In this document: positions 50,500 through 63,737 of the stretch, one piece after another
How positions within the stretch are numbered: the stretch's first letter is position 1
Layout of the letters: every line of letters starts with the position of its first letter
Source of the DNA: the human T2T-CHM13v2.0 reference genome, Homo sapiens
Reading direction: 5' to 3' (one strand)
Assembly (NCBI RefSeq): GCF_009914755.1
Contig: NC_060927.1
DNA length: 64,000 nucleotides
Notes under the pieces: generated by a model
What the model saw: the letters and a program-made list of their open reading frames with translations, nothing else
The model's database searches: none
Told to the model about the DNA's origin: nothing
Position numbers and translations under genes: made by a program

Positions 50500-51460
50500 C
50501 TAGCCCCTGCGTGGGACAACCACACCTGTGCCTCATGCCTTAGTGGGGCAACTCCCCCAGGGCAGGAGGCTCCTGCTCAGGCCTCCCTGCCCCCATCCAC
50601 GTGGACCTCAGAGCATGATCCCCTACTGCAGGCGGTAAAAGCACATGCTTTGCCCGAACCTCAGAATCAAAGCTTCCTCCCAGCACTCCTGCACCTCTGG
50701 GTTGCTTACGTGACATATTGGTCATCTATCGTTGAAAAATTGGGGCTGGGGCAGGGATAGGAAGATGGAAAATAAACTCAGAGAAGATTAATGAGCTTTT
50801 AAAGGCAGCTAGGAGCAGCATTCTTCCCCTCCTGGACAAATAAGTCAGGGTGTCTGTCAGTTAAACAGACCTGGCAGGAGATCAAAATTATATCCTCACC
50901 TGCAATTAAAGAATTTAGCTTAAAGGAGGGGTGGGAAACACATGCTGGGAAGCAATCCCAAATCTGCCTCTGAGGTTACCTGGATATGGTGCAAACTGCT
51001 AGGACTGCTCAAGCGCACTTCTGTGATCTTTGCTGCCCCTTCTAGAGGGCATGGAAGAGGGCTTCATGCTTTCCACCAGCTAGAGAGGGGATCCCGGACC
51101 CCGCAGAAGACAGCATGCCATCCCTGGGGCCACGATACACTGGTGAGTCAGAGGATGGCCCCTCACTTTAAGAATTGGACTGGCTCAGGCTTCGGGGACT
51201 TAAAAGACCTCTCTTGCTTCCCACACCTCCCGGCCCTGACCAACAAAACCAGGAGTCCCCTGGTGGGGTCACAGCTTGACTACAGAGCCTGAAAGGAGCC
51301 ATCCAGCACCACATGGAATGCACAACTGCAGGCCCTGAAGCGTAGGAAGCTGAAACCAAAGGGTTAACACTCACAGAATCCAAGAAAAGTTAGGAAAGAG
51401 GCAGGACCACTGTGTTTTGCATTAGATAATGATGGAGTCACCAAAATATAAACTCCAAGT

Positions 51461-51462
<2 letters not shown>

Positions 51463-51515
<53 letters not shown>
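51463..51515. repeat. (GT)26 microsatellite followed by G/A-rich tract
   Basis: Read directly. Confidence 0.97.
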
Positions 51516-51516
<1 letters not shown>

Positions 51517-52681
51517 TGGGGGGAGGGGGGGAGGAGGAGGGAAGGAAGGACAGGGAGAGAGAGGAGAACACAGAAGACCAGACACAAACACCAGCTGCAA
51601 GAATCCACATTAGATTCACGCATCCCCTTGAGTTTGCCTGGTGAGGTCAAGAGAGAGACAGGACAGACTGAGGCTTGGCACTCTTAACAATCATTCACTT
51701 CAGTGGGTGAATTTTTTCCAACAGCCAAGCCTAGAAAAGGAAGAAAAAAACAAAACAAAACAAAAAAACCCACCCAACTCTTGTGAAAAATAAAGAAACA
51801 CAGTAGACTAAACTGGAGCATATCAAATGGAAAGAACAGTGAAAACACAAACTATAGACTTGTAAAGATGTTCTCTGAGTCCTTAGGAATGCTGCGTTCA
51901 CTGTCCAGTAACCCCACCCTGACATGATGGGGTGGCCAGGGCCACTGCCCATCGCTACCCAGGCGACAGTCTGTCACTACTAATCTCAGAACTTTGGGCA
52001 AGACAAGCTCAGTTCTCAGTCTCAACCTGGGACCCCTGTCTGGAAATCTCCAAAAGGAGCAAGAGGACCACACCACACATCTCTGAACTAAGCACGCACA
52101 CGACTGCACAGGAGCCTCTGCCAGCAGGCCACTGCGGTGCAAAACAGAGAAAGGGAAGGGGCCAAGAACCTGGGCAGCTCATCTACAGGAAGGAAGGTGG
52201 CGACTCCGAGGACACAAATTCATCCACAGTCAGCGTTTCACTGTCTCTGTTTGAGCCCAAATGACCCCCTCACTGAAGAAGCACATGCTATTTGGTGTGG
52301 CCATTAACACACAGTCACTCTCAAAATGGCTCCTGTGAGCACTCTGCCATAGCTGCCCTTCCCCAGGAACTTTCTACCCCTGGAACTGTCTCCAAACCCA
52401 ACAGGACCTTGGGGGCCAAGGCTCCCTGCAGGGACCTAGCTGCTACTCCTGGAGCCCCTGCTAATCCAAATGCAGAGGAAGTGAAGGGGAGATGAGGAAG
52501 GGACTGGGGCTCAAATCGCTGAGGGTTCCACCCTGGGCCTGGCTGGTTTGGGAACAGGGCTACTGGCCTGTCTCTGAGCCCTCCCCGAGGCCACTGTGTG
52601 GTGGAACGAACCAGGCCTAGCACTTTCACCTCCAAGCAGTGTCTAAAAACACTGCCACAGCCCAGAGCCGAGGACACTTAC

Positions 52682-52825
52682 AACTCATGCAGCTTCTGGC
52701 AGAAGCTCCAGCCCTTGCGGTGAATGCGAGCGATGGAATTGTTGCTGAGGTGGAGCTGATGCAGGGCCGTGAGGCCGTAGAGCGAGCCGCTGTTCACTTC
52801 TACCAGGCTGTTGTACTCCAGGTGC
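52682..52825 (-). CDS. LRIG1: LRIG1 exon 7 (two LRRs)
   Basis: 144 nt, phase 2-2; [10 protein letters not shown]...[10 protein letters not shown]. Confidence 0.96.
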
Positions 52826-53112
52826 CTGCAATGACAGCCATGCACAGGATGAAGAGGAGCTTTCACTCCCTTCACTGGACAGACAGCAAATGAGCAGCCA
52901 CGCTGTACCTGACACTGCGGTCACACCAAGGCTAGAACAGTGCACGACAGAACTGTGGAGTCTAGTCGCACACATGTGCATGTGAGTAGGGGCTGGGAGA
53001 AGACAGGCAAATCAAAATGGATGACAGCACATGCCAAGGCCGACTCGAGTGTTCATAGGGCAAGAGGGAGCTTCCTAGAAGTGACTTTTTTGGCTGAGTA
53101 AAAGTGAACCAG

Positions 53113-53243
53113 GGCTGGGTGTGGCGGCTTATGCCCATCCAGTACTTGGGGAGGCCGAAGAAGGAGGATCGCTTGAGCTCGGGAGTTCGAGACCAGCAAG
53201 GGCAATATAGCGAAACCCCATCTCTACCAAAAACAAAACAAAA
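53113..53243 (+). mobile_element. Alu monomer (FLAM_C-like)
   Basis: Single arm with A tail and TSD aaaagtga(a/c)ccagg. Confidence 0.88.
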
Positions 53244-53329
53244 AGTGACCCAGGCCAACAAACGGGCACAGGAGTTCCAGGCAAGGGCAAAGCCCATTAA
53301 AGGAATAGAAAGGAGAGCGAATAGGAGGC

Positions 53330-53700
53330 GGCTCTTATTATCACCCGCATCTCACACATGAGGAATGTGCTGCTGAGAGAAGCCAGGTAACCTGTCTAAG
53401 ACTTTACACAGCTTAGCCAGTAGGGAAGGGGCTAGAATTAATTCAACCCTGGGTCTGCCTACCAAAGGCTGGACTCTGTGCCACTGTGCTAGGAGACCCG
53501 CTTTAGCTCTGGCGTCAGACTACCTGGATTTAAATCCTAATTTTGCAGCTTGCTGGCTGAATAAACCTGCACATCTACTAACATGGAGATATCCAAGAGC
53601 ACTGACTCCATGGGGTCACTATAAGAAGGAAACAAGGGTACATCAGGATTCAGTGCAGCTCTAGGCCTGAGCTCTCAGGCCCACCGTGTAAGTGTGCTAG
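53330..53700. mobile_element. Two opposed MIR fragments
   Basis: ggtaacctgtctaag..cacagcttag..aacc ctgggtctg (antisense) then cagactacctggatttaaatcc (sense). Confidence 0.5.
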
Positions 53701-55215
53701 CACCCCGCTTCCCAACACAGCATGTGCCAGGAAGGACAGCGCCAGCCCAGGCAACCGCCTCTTCAACAAAAGTCCGTAACCCGAATTTTGCTCCGTGTTC
53801 AGTATTACAAGGGCTTTGGGTAACTGAGTTTTGCTTTTTTCCATCTTTCTTTCTGCTACTGCTCAAAAGGTAAGCACTTAATGTATAAATAACCTCTAAG
53901 GCAGCTCATCAGTCTCAATTTATACAAATCTGTTCAACATAAAAACCAAATGGTAGGTGCTAACTCCATTTTCCTCTGAGAATTCTCTTTTAACTTCAGT
54001 CCACCCAGCACATGACCACCTTGGACTTCCAAGTCCAAAATGACATGCCTAAGGAGGTCAAGTGAAACGTTTTTGAATATGTAAAACAAAGGGTGGAGAA
54101 TGGGTAGAGCAAGAAGCCCAGCGGCAGGAAACATCCTCACTGTTCACAGAGTAGGGAGGGCTGGTCATGCAGAGACGGTTATCAGAGTGACACAGCACAA
54201 CATGTGGATGGACCTGGGCCTAGCTCGTTTCCACTGCCAAGAAAACCAGTAAAGGACATTCGAGTCATGATATAATTTGCCCAGACTGGAAGAAGAAGGG
54301 GCGGACATGAGCAAGTTAAATCATTGACTCTCAAGGAGGAAATCGCAAGTGGATAAGTAAAGACAGTGGTGTCAGTCTATCAACTTGGAAGGAACAACCA
54401 GCAAAGCTAAAAACAGAAAAACGAAAAAGAGAAAGGCTTAGAAGTGCTTGCCTCTTGGGAGAAGAACTGGGGTGAAGAGAGAATGAGGGGGTGGTGGCGG
54501 GGGAGGCTGGGGTGGGCAGTGATGGCTTTTCTTTACTATCTGATTTTATTTAACTATACAGTCAAATTACTTTTGATTAAAAATAAATATTAACGTTTAA
54601 AAAGGCTTTCAACGTTTAAAAAGCCTTTTCTGTATGCTGCCCTGCTGTTTCACGTTGCCGTGCAGGCAAGCCCCTTCTGCTGCTGTACACATCTGGCTGA
54701 AGAGACTGCTCCCTTGATAAAACTTAAACATCTGCACCCAGTGTCTTGATTAGCTCACAAGACAGAAATAAACCTCCTAAGATGAGCTCTACATTTTTGG
54801 CCCACCTGCACCTCAGGAAAGACTGTCAAACCCAGAAGGGGAGAGAAGGAACTTCCTGTGGTCAGGAGTGGAGAGGATGTGAGGAGGGGTCTGTTCCGCA
54901 GCCCCACGTTCACCGAAGAAGCAGGGGCGGGGGCAGTGGATGCAAGCTGTGGAAAGCAGTCCTGGCAGAATGGCCCCCAAACTCCATCTCCATCAACCAA
55001 CTTATCTGACTCAATCCGCTGAAACTTCCCCCAAGTGGATTTCAGTGGATGTCCCAATCTGCTAGGAAAATACCCTCAGGTTTGGCCCGGTCCCCAAGAC
55101 AATGAGTTGGGCCCAGGTGAAGCTGCAAAGGGAAGGGGGCTGGGTCCGGCTGAAGTCTTGAAGAATCCTTCAGGAGAGAGGGGCTGGGCACTGGTGCCCC
55201 ACTCCATGCCCAGTG

Positions 55216-55390
55216 CACAGCTGAATGCTGGTGTGGGCGCGCACGTGCACACGCGCACGCACACACACCCCACACCACACAGCAATGCTGGTGTGGGCGC
55301 ACACACCCAACACACAGCAACGTTGGTGTTGGTGCGCACATGCATGCGCACACACACACACGCCACATCACACCACACCACACAGCAATC
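55216..55390. repeat. Degenerate minisatellite with CA/CG alternating spacers
   Basis: cacagc..a(t/c)g(c/t)tggtgt(g/t)gg.cgc unit at ~55216, 55278, 55313, partial at 55381. Confidence 0.8.
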
Positions 55391-55423
55391 CTTAGCAATG
55401 CCAGTAACCTGGTCCGCACTTAC

Positions 55424-55567
55424 AGCACATGCATCTTGGACAGTCCCCAGAAGGCCCCATCTGTCAGTTTGCTGATGTTGTTTCGCTGAAGCTTCAGCAC
55501 CTCCAAGCTGTTGAGCCCCTGGAAGGTGAGGCCCTCTATCAGCCGAATCCTGTTCCGATTGAGGTCC
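55424..55567 (-). CDS. LRIG1: LRIG1 exon 6 (two LRRs)
   Basis: 144 nt, phase 2-2; [10 protein letters not shown]...[10 protein letters not shown]. Confidence 0.96.
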
Positions 55568-56668
55568 CTAAAGAGATGAAGCCAGCAGGGTCAGAGTGTC
55601 TTATGTGCATATCCCACCCACAACCATTCTGAAGCAGTCCTGGCTAAGTTTCCAAGCCAGAGGAGAAATCCCAGTGCAGGGATCCCTGGGAAGCCAGGAT
55701 GTGTAGGGGAGCCCACCATGTGTCTCGGCTGCCATGCAGGCACTGATGCTGCCACCTGACCACACCTAGTGCAGGCAAGAGGGGTGAGTGAGGCCAGCTC
55801 TCCACAGCCAGCTCCGAGGCTGGCCCACAGCTGCACAGAAGAGAACGCGTGTGTGCTCACGTCTCCTCCCCCAGTAGCACCAGTGCCATTTGTGACTCTG
55901 CAGTGAGGACGTGGGTATGACTCAAGGGGTGAATGTCTTATGTGAGGTATCTCTGAGCTCAGCAACAGAAATCCACACCACATGCCTCAACCCAGGAAAA
56001 ACCAAACCACTATGTATCAAATGGCAATAACACTTTCCACTGGGGGCATTTCACAGCATCTCCACTATGGAGAGAAGTTACTGCACATGGGGGCAGGGGG
56101 AGATGGGGTAGAGACACCCCACAAGTCATATACACTTGGCTTCTAGCCCCAGTATGACAAAGCCTCAGTTCACCAAAAGATGTCAGGAATCTGGGTGGGC
56201 CAGATCCATTAGCACCCCTGCGGGAAGGGGAGGCAGAGCAGCCAGAAAGCCCTTGGTTTTCCCCAAATATTTCTGCAGTGTCTCATGATGCTGCCCCACA
56301 CAAACCTTCTCAGGAATCACTGAGACCTTCTCCACAGACTGAAAATGGCAAAGTCTAGGACTCCCCACCCAGGGGAGGTGAAACCCAGGTAGGATGAGAG
56401 CCAGGCACACCCCGTCGTGCCGCCAACCTGGCCCTCGACAATTATTTTGTTTTGTTGAAACAAAATTTCCAATACTGTCTTATTTTCCTGAAATACATTC
56501 TTCTGCTAAAAAGAGGGCACAGGAAAAAAAAAAATCAGGGAAAAAAAGTCCTTCGTCAGGCTCTGGTTAACAGAGCTTTACTTGAATCTAAAACTCTGCC
56601 TTCTAGAAGGGTACTCAGCCTTCCATCAGTAAACTAAACAATTAAATTGTTTACAAAAATAATAAATC

Positions 56669-57006
<338 letters not shown>

Positions 57007-57472
57007 TTAAAGATATGAAGACAAAGGCTTGTCTTTTGCTTACTAACTCCAGCTACACTAACTTCCTCTCAAACTGTTCAAGAAGTGTCGGACACCACCA
57101 TGTCCAAGGTACAGATTTTACGGGTATCTTAAAAAAATACAGAAAAACATCTAAGATAAATAAGAACCCAAACCCATGCAGCCTCAGCATTAGCCAGCAT
57201 CAGCTAAGCAGCAGGACTCCTGATTCCATTTTGGAAAACATCAGGGAAGAAAAGCGACCTCAGTGGATGTCTTTCTCAGCAACCTGAAGCAGCCACAGCA
57301 CCAGACCCAGCTCCGAATTTGCTTTTATGAGGTGCTGCCATTAATGGTAATTTATGGAGAGCTTTACCAAATGGAGCAAGGAAAGGGCGGCGTTTGGTAC
57401 GAGGTCCTTGGGGAAATCTGGCCTCCATAAAGTTTGGCTAGCCTTAATTAAAGTGTAGGTTTCTGTACTCAC

Positions 57473-57616
57473 AGTTGTGTCAGCCTGGGTAGCTTGAATG
57501 CTCTTACAGGAAGCTGGGTGATCCTGTTTTTGCTCAGGCGAAGAGTTAGCAGCGACCGTGACAGACCATCAAATGCTCCCAACTCCAGGGTGCCAATCCG
57601 ATTGCCTGCCAGGTTG
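57473..57616 (-). CDS. LRIG1: LRIG1 exon 5 (two LRRs)
   Basis: 144 nt, phase 2-2; [10 protein letters not shown]...[10 protein letters not shown]. Confidence 0.96.
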
Positions 57617-59681
57617 CTGGAATGATTCAGAAAAGAAAATGTGGTGGTTGGTCAAAGGCCTTCCTCATTTCATTATAGACACCAGACCTCTCTGGGTCTG
57701 AGTTGGGAAGATGAGTTAAGACACCAGAGGGACAGGTTTCCAGTGAGATGTTTATCAGCCACAGGCTTTGGATGGGGAGCTAGAGAGATGCAGGTGTTAG
57801 GACTGTGCACCTAAGCCCTGAGGGCAAGGCCGATTTAGTCGAAAGCATACTGTCCTTGAAGCTGCTGGGCCACCCCAAGAGGGTGGGAGTGAAAGTCAAA
57901 CACCCCCATGCCCACTGACACACCAGCCCTGCGTCAGGAGCCACCTGCAGGACTCTTCTCACCACCCAGTGCCCAAGGTTGACGTGAAAACTCCTAGAAA
58001 GCAGAAAATCAACTGAAAGGCAAGGTCAGTGTTAATTTAATAATTTAGAGAAATAGCCTTTAGTTTTGAGGTGGGTCTTGCTATATGAACTACATAACAC
58101 ATATGTATAAACCAATTCATTTCTGTAATTGTAAATGCCTCAAAGAAACACTCTAGCTGAAGAGACCTGTGCAGAATCCCTTCGTAAAACAAGCAATATG
58201 TCATGGTACCTACACTTACAGCGTGATTAAGTCGGGGCATCTCCCGTGACAATACAAAAAGGCAGACACCGCTTCTCAAAAGGCACAGAAGTCTGCAGCT
58301 CAGATCTGTGCATCTTGCTGTATGCAAATTATATCAAGTAATAAAAAAGAAAAGAAAGTACAAGGAAGAACAATATGGCATTCCTGTGAGAAGTGGTTTC
58401 CAACACCTCTCCTCTGCCTTCCCCAAACAAATGCTGCTTTTTCTGGCCTAAGTGAAAAGGAGAAAGACCAGAGAGGATTTTCTGCCACAGAGGGTGGAAG
58501 GGAGCAAGGCACTTTTTGTCTCTCCAGCAGATAGTGGCCTAGGACAAGGCACATAAGGATTCTTTGCAAATGGGGCTGGACTGTTTGTTCTCAACACCTC
58601 AGATTAAAGAACAGCCTGTGTGATGAAGATATATCACCCAATAGCTGCCAAAATAGAAAGTCCCTCCCACTTTTGTGCAGGGAGAGGTCAGAGCAACTTA
58701 GTGTAGCAGTTATGGTTTCTCTGTCCCAAGCAAAGTGGTGTCACGTGGACACCTTTTGAGGGCCCACACTGGAGGCTTCACAAAAGCCAAGGCCTCCTGT
58801 TCCCAACTCTGGCGCCCTAATGCAGGCTAAGAAAGAAATCACTCTTCTTCTTGCAGTATTTACTTGGAAAATCCATGTGCCAAACCTCACCCTCCCTGAA
58901 AAGATGGGTCACAATGACCCCTAAACCAGCCTTGCAAATGCGTTCCAAAGTTAACTCTGGAACAGTAATGACACACGGAATGAAAACTCACCTGGAATTG
59001 GAAAACGTCTCTTTAGCCTGGGGTTGCAGTTTCTTTCCCAGAGTAACACTTTTCCTACCAACAAGTAGTTGATTAAGTAGGTTTTAACTTTTTTTCCTTC
59101 CTGTCTACCATCCATTGTGTGTGAGATGGGACATTAATATGGGTAAGAGAAACAGACAAATCTAAAAGGTGCTGAAAACCCACATAATAGAGTAACTGCC
59201 CTCCCCCAAACAAACCCAATGACTTGTTTTACAGTGCGTGACACTAGAAAGATAAGCACTGATAAGCTAAGCCCTGTTAGACAGGCTTCCAATGTGAATC
59301 CTCTAACCATCCTCCCTGAATCTCCTCTGGAAGCATTTCTGAGAGGCAGCCAAGGAAATGGGAAAGAAAGCAGGCTTTGTGGTCAAGATCGATCTGTTCT
59401 TGAGTCCTAGACTCTCGTCTTGGAGTGCTGAGTCCTTCCTGCCTCTGTCCCTTGTCTGTCTGTAATGTCAGGATAATGCTGCAGGATCTGGACGTGCTCT
59501 ATGCATGGGGCTCGCCCCTGCCCTGCTCAGGGAAGGTCTGAACCATCCCCACTGACTCGGCCCAGCCGTGGTTGAGAAGGGAAGGAAGCATCCCTCCTGC
59601 ATCCAGAACTGGGTGCCGGTGAAGCTGTTAGCTGGCTGGACACAGCGGGCCAGCCACAGGTGGCAGAACAGAGGCACTTAC

Positions 59682-59819
59682 AGCTCCTTTATAGGCGGTC
59701 CGTGTGGAAAGCAGGTGTTCCGCACTTCCGTGATGTTGTTCAAACTCAGATCTAACACTTCTAAGGAAAGGTAGGCCTTCAGCTGGCTCCCCTCCACGCT
59801 GCGAATCTTGTTGTGCTGC
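59682..59819 (-). CDS. LRIG1: LRIG1 exon 4 (two LRRs); exons 1-3 lie beyond the window
   Basis: 138 nt, phase 2-2; [10 protein letters not shown]...[10 protein letters not shown]. Confidence 0.96.
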
Positions 59820-60624
59820 CTGAAACACAACAAGGGAGGTGACTTGAGCATCTCTTTTTGCAAAGTAACTACAAGAAACTAGTATTCCTGCACCCCACCC
59901 CCCACCAATATAACTACAATGCAGTGACGCTCTTAAAAATGAGATCTCCTGTTTCTTTTCCCATCAAGTTATTACCTGCTGGCCAGATGCTAGGAGAATA
60001 TTGGATTTTCAATCTGGGACAAGTTTATCAAAGTTCTATCCCTAGGCTTCCCTCTCCAAGGGCAACAACACAGCAGTGACACTGAAGACCATGTGAGACC
60101 AGCATGACCTGACCAGAATCCACGGATGCACTCACCATAAAGGATGTGCCCTGTCCTGTGCAGCCAGACAGCTCCAGTCCAACTCTCACCCATCATCCTC
60201 AGACCTAGTCCAGCCTCATAACTTACAAGAGCCATAGGCACCACAGCCCAGAGTTCACTTTAATCCAGTTTAACACATCATTACACACCTCACATTTTAC
60301 CAACACCTACCATATACCAGACACAGAGGATTTAAACAAAAAGAAAAAGAAAAAAAAAAAAAGATTACGACAAAATCCTGACAATGTAAAATGGGAAAGA
60401 GGAGCTCACTGCTGAGTCTAACTGAAATTGAGTTCCCTGAACCTCCCGACTCTACCATTAATATTAAGCATTGTGCCTCGGTTTTCTCATTTGGAAGATG
60501 GGGCCACAACCCATCACTTCAGGGATAGGGACGATCCAGCCTAAAACCACATAAAGCATGTGGCAAATCTGAAGGTAAATGTTTAGTGGTCACCACCTCC
60601 CAAGACAGGAATGTTCCACTGTAA

Positions 60625-60945
<321 letters not shown>

Positions 60946-62569
60946 TGTGCGCACCTTTAATCTACTTTCTGTCAAACCCACTATATAAACAAGCAACAGT
61001 TATAAGTCAAGAGAAAGACGAATGCTAGCCAAGGCTAGAGGTAGCTAACCGCCCTGTTGTGGGTTTGGCGCCGCCTGGCAGAGTCAAACCACTGCAGCCC
61101 TCACTCCAATATTAGACACTTAGGAATCTGCTGGGTGGTGGCGCTGGGCCTCTAGGTTGCAGGCACTGGCACTCGAGCCAGTTCTGAATAAACAGTGTCA
61201 GCATCTCTGGCCAATCAAAGCATTCTTGAACACAACACAAGTAAGCCAGGCGTCGCTTACCAAGTGGCATCTCCTTTAAACAAACACTTGACCGAATCAG
61301 TTCCAACAGGCATAAACAAGGACCTCTTTCCCAGAAGCTCTGGGGCTTCTCGTGGACTCCTTTGTTTTTTTCATGCGTCTCCCAGGCCCTGAACTCGAAA
61401 GTCCATTTCCAAGGGTGCAACTCTGCACACAGAACCTCCCCGGCATGAAAGGACCCTTTCCCTTCCTCTCCTCCCCAGCCCCCAAAGCCACTTCCTTTGA
61501 GTTCTTTATTAAGTTCTTTAATAAAGATAGTCTCCTCAGTTTTCTGGCTCCAAAGGAAAAAAGAAAAGAAAACCTTTATTATGTAAAGTACGGGAAGAAA
61601 AGAAACAAGAAATAAAGGCGACAGAGCTGAGTCTTATCCGGGAACTGTGAATATGGTATCAGGGCGCCAGGAAAAGGGTCTGTGCTGGACAGAAGGGCCG
61701 GGCGCCACCGGCCCAGAAAGGCACAAAGAGGGGGTGAGGCCTTACATTGCGAAGCCGTGGGACAGCTGCAGGCCCAACATCTCTCCCACGCCAGTTCTGT
61801 CCTCTCCCCACCTCCTCCTCTGTCTCCTCAGTCTTTGTCTGTGGTCCGGTACCTTTTGCTCCTTGTCAGTCTTTTCATTCGCTGAATCAAACACAATCCG
61901 GGCCCCACTCTGCATAAAGGACCCTGTGCAGAAGACAAGTCTCTTTCACCCGCTGGGAAAGTTCCCCATTTGGCAGAAGAGGCAGCCGTGGAGATGGGAG
62001 ACAAGGGTGTGTGGGAGTGAGGGCCACAGTGGCAGGGTCTGTGAGAGGAGCAAGGGAGTGCACAAGGTGCCAGGGCGAATGTCTGAGGGTAGGATGCTGA
62101 GGCCAGGAGGAGACAGGTAGGCAGAAGCCAGGAGCTTGGATCAGATTGCAGAGCTAGTAGGGTGGGCAGGACCACAACAGCAAATGCCTCGCAGCCCAAG
62201 CTAACAAGTTGGGAATGGATGCCACAGTGGGCCAGGAGAGAGATGGCGGCAATACAGAGACAGGCACAAGAGACCCTCTGATTAGGTCCTACCCACCCTA
62301 CCAGCTCCACCCTCTGATCAAAGCTGCTGGCCTCTCCCCACCTGTCTCCTCCCAACTTCAGCATCCTACCTTGAAACACCCTGCCCTGGTGGGGGCTGGA
62401 GATGACAACTAGGGGCATCAATAATGATTCAAAATGTTCTAGCTTGGAAATGGAAGATAACCATGCCCATGGGCTACTGACTAGACCTTCCCTTCCATCC
62501 TTGCCCACTTACAGTCTATTCCCAACCCAGCAGCCAGAGAGACCCGTTAAAAATAAGTCACTTCAGGCA

Positions 62570-63369
62570 TCCCACGGAATAAGAGAAAATATATGCAAAT
62601 CACATTTCTGATAAGGGGCTAATATGCAGATATAAAGAACCTCTACAACAACAACAAAAAACAACCAACCTGATTTTTAAAATGAGCCAAGAATTGAACA
62701 TTGTTCCAAAGAAAACACACAAATGGCCAAGAAGCACATGAGAAGATGATCAACATCACCATTCATTAGGGAAATGTAAACCACAACCACAATGAGAAGT
62801 CACCTCACACCCACTAGGATGGCCACTATTAAAACAAAACAAAACAAAAAAACAAACAGAAAATAACAAGTGTGGGTGAGGATGTGGAGAGAGTGAAACC
62901 CTGTATGCCAGTGGTAGAAATGTAAAACGGTGGTGCACCTGCAGAAGAAGACATTATGGAGATTCCTCAAAAAATTAAACAGAGGCACACCATATGATCC
63001 CACAATTCCACTTCTGCATATCTAAATAACTGAAAGCAGACCTCAAAGAGACATGTGTGTCCTCACATTCATAGAAGCATCACTCACCACAGCCAAAGGT
63101 GGAACAGCCCAAATGTCCATCAATGTTGTATATACATGCAATGAGATATTACTCAGCCTTAAAAAGAAAAGAAATTCTAACACGTGCTACTGAATGGATG
63201 AGCATTGCGGACATGATGCCAAGTGAAAGATGCCTGTCACAAAAAGACAAATGCTGTATGGTCCACTTATGTGAGGTAGCTAGAGTAGTCAGATCCACTG
63301 AAACAGAAAGTAGAATGGTGGTGTCCAGGGACCGGGGAGACCGCAGAAGGAAGATCTGTTGTTTAACGG
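62570..63369 (+). mobile_element. L1MA/MB-type 3' portion, interrupted by THE1
   Basis: gagaaaatatatgcaaatcac...ccatatgatcccacaattccacttctg...gaaagtagaatggtgg. Confidence 0.85.
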
Positions 63370-63737
63370 TGTATTAGTCCATTTTCACGCTGCTGATAAA
63401 GACATACCTGAGACTGGGCAATTTATGAAAGAAAGAGGTTTAATTGGACTCACAGTTCCACGTGGCTGGGGAGGCCTCACAATCATGGCAGAAGGCAAAG
63501 AAGAGCAAGTATGTCTTACATGGATGGCAGCAGGCAAAAAAAAGGGCTTGTGCAGGGAAACTCCTGTTTTTAAAACCATCAGGTCTTATGAGACTCATTC
63601 ACTATCATGAGAACAGCATAGGAAAAACCTGCCCCCATAACTCAATCACCTGCCACTGGGACCCTCCTATGACACATAGGAATTGTGGGAGTCAATTCAA
63701 GATGAGATTTGGGTGGGGACACAGCCAAACCATATCA
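63370..63737 (-). mobile_element. THE1 (THE1B/C-like MaLR) 3' LTR, same sense as LRIG1
   Basis: TG...CA termini, tgtattagtccattttcacgctgctgataaagacatac end and tgatatggtttggctgtgtcccc start on - strand. Confidence 0.92.

Noticed and set aside
51422-51687. CVCVCV/THTHTH ORFs
   Set aside because: Translation of the (GT)n microsatellite
55216-55390. Repeat-spacer appearance reminiscent of a CRISPR array
   Set aside because: Degenerate units, low-complexity CA spacers of unequal length, human intron, no cas genes
61828-62508. Longest ORF in the track (226 aa, - strand)
   Set aside because: No recognisable domain, no clear promoter or splice support, partly repeat-like; expected by chance in GC-rich intron
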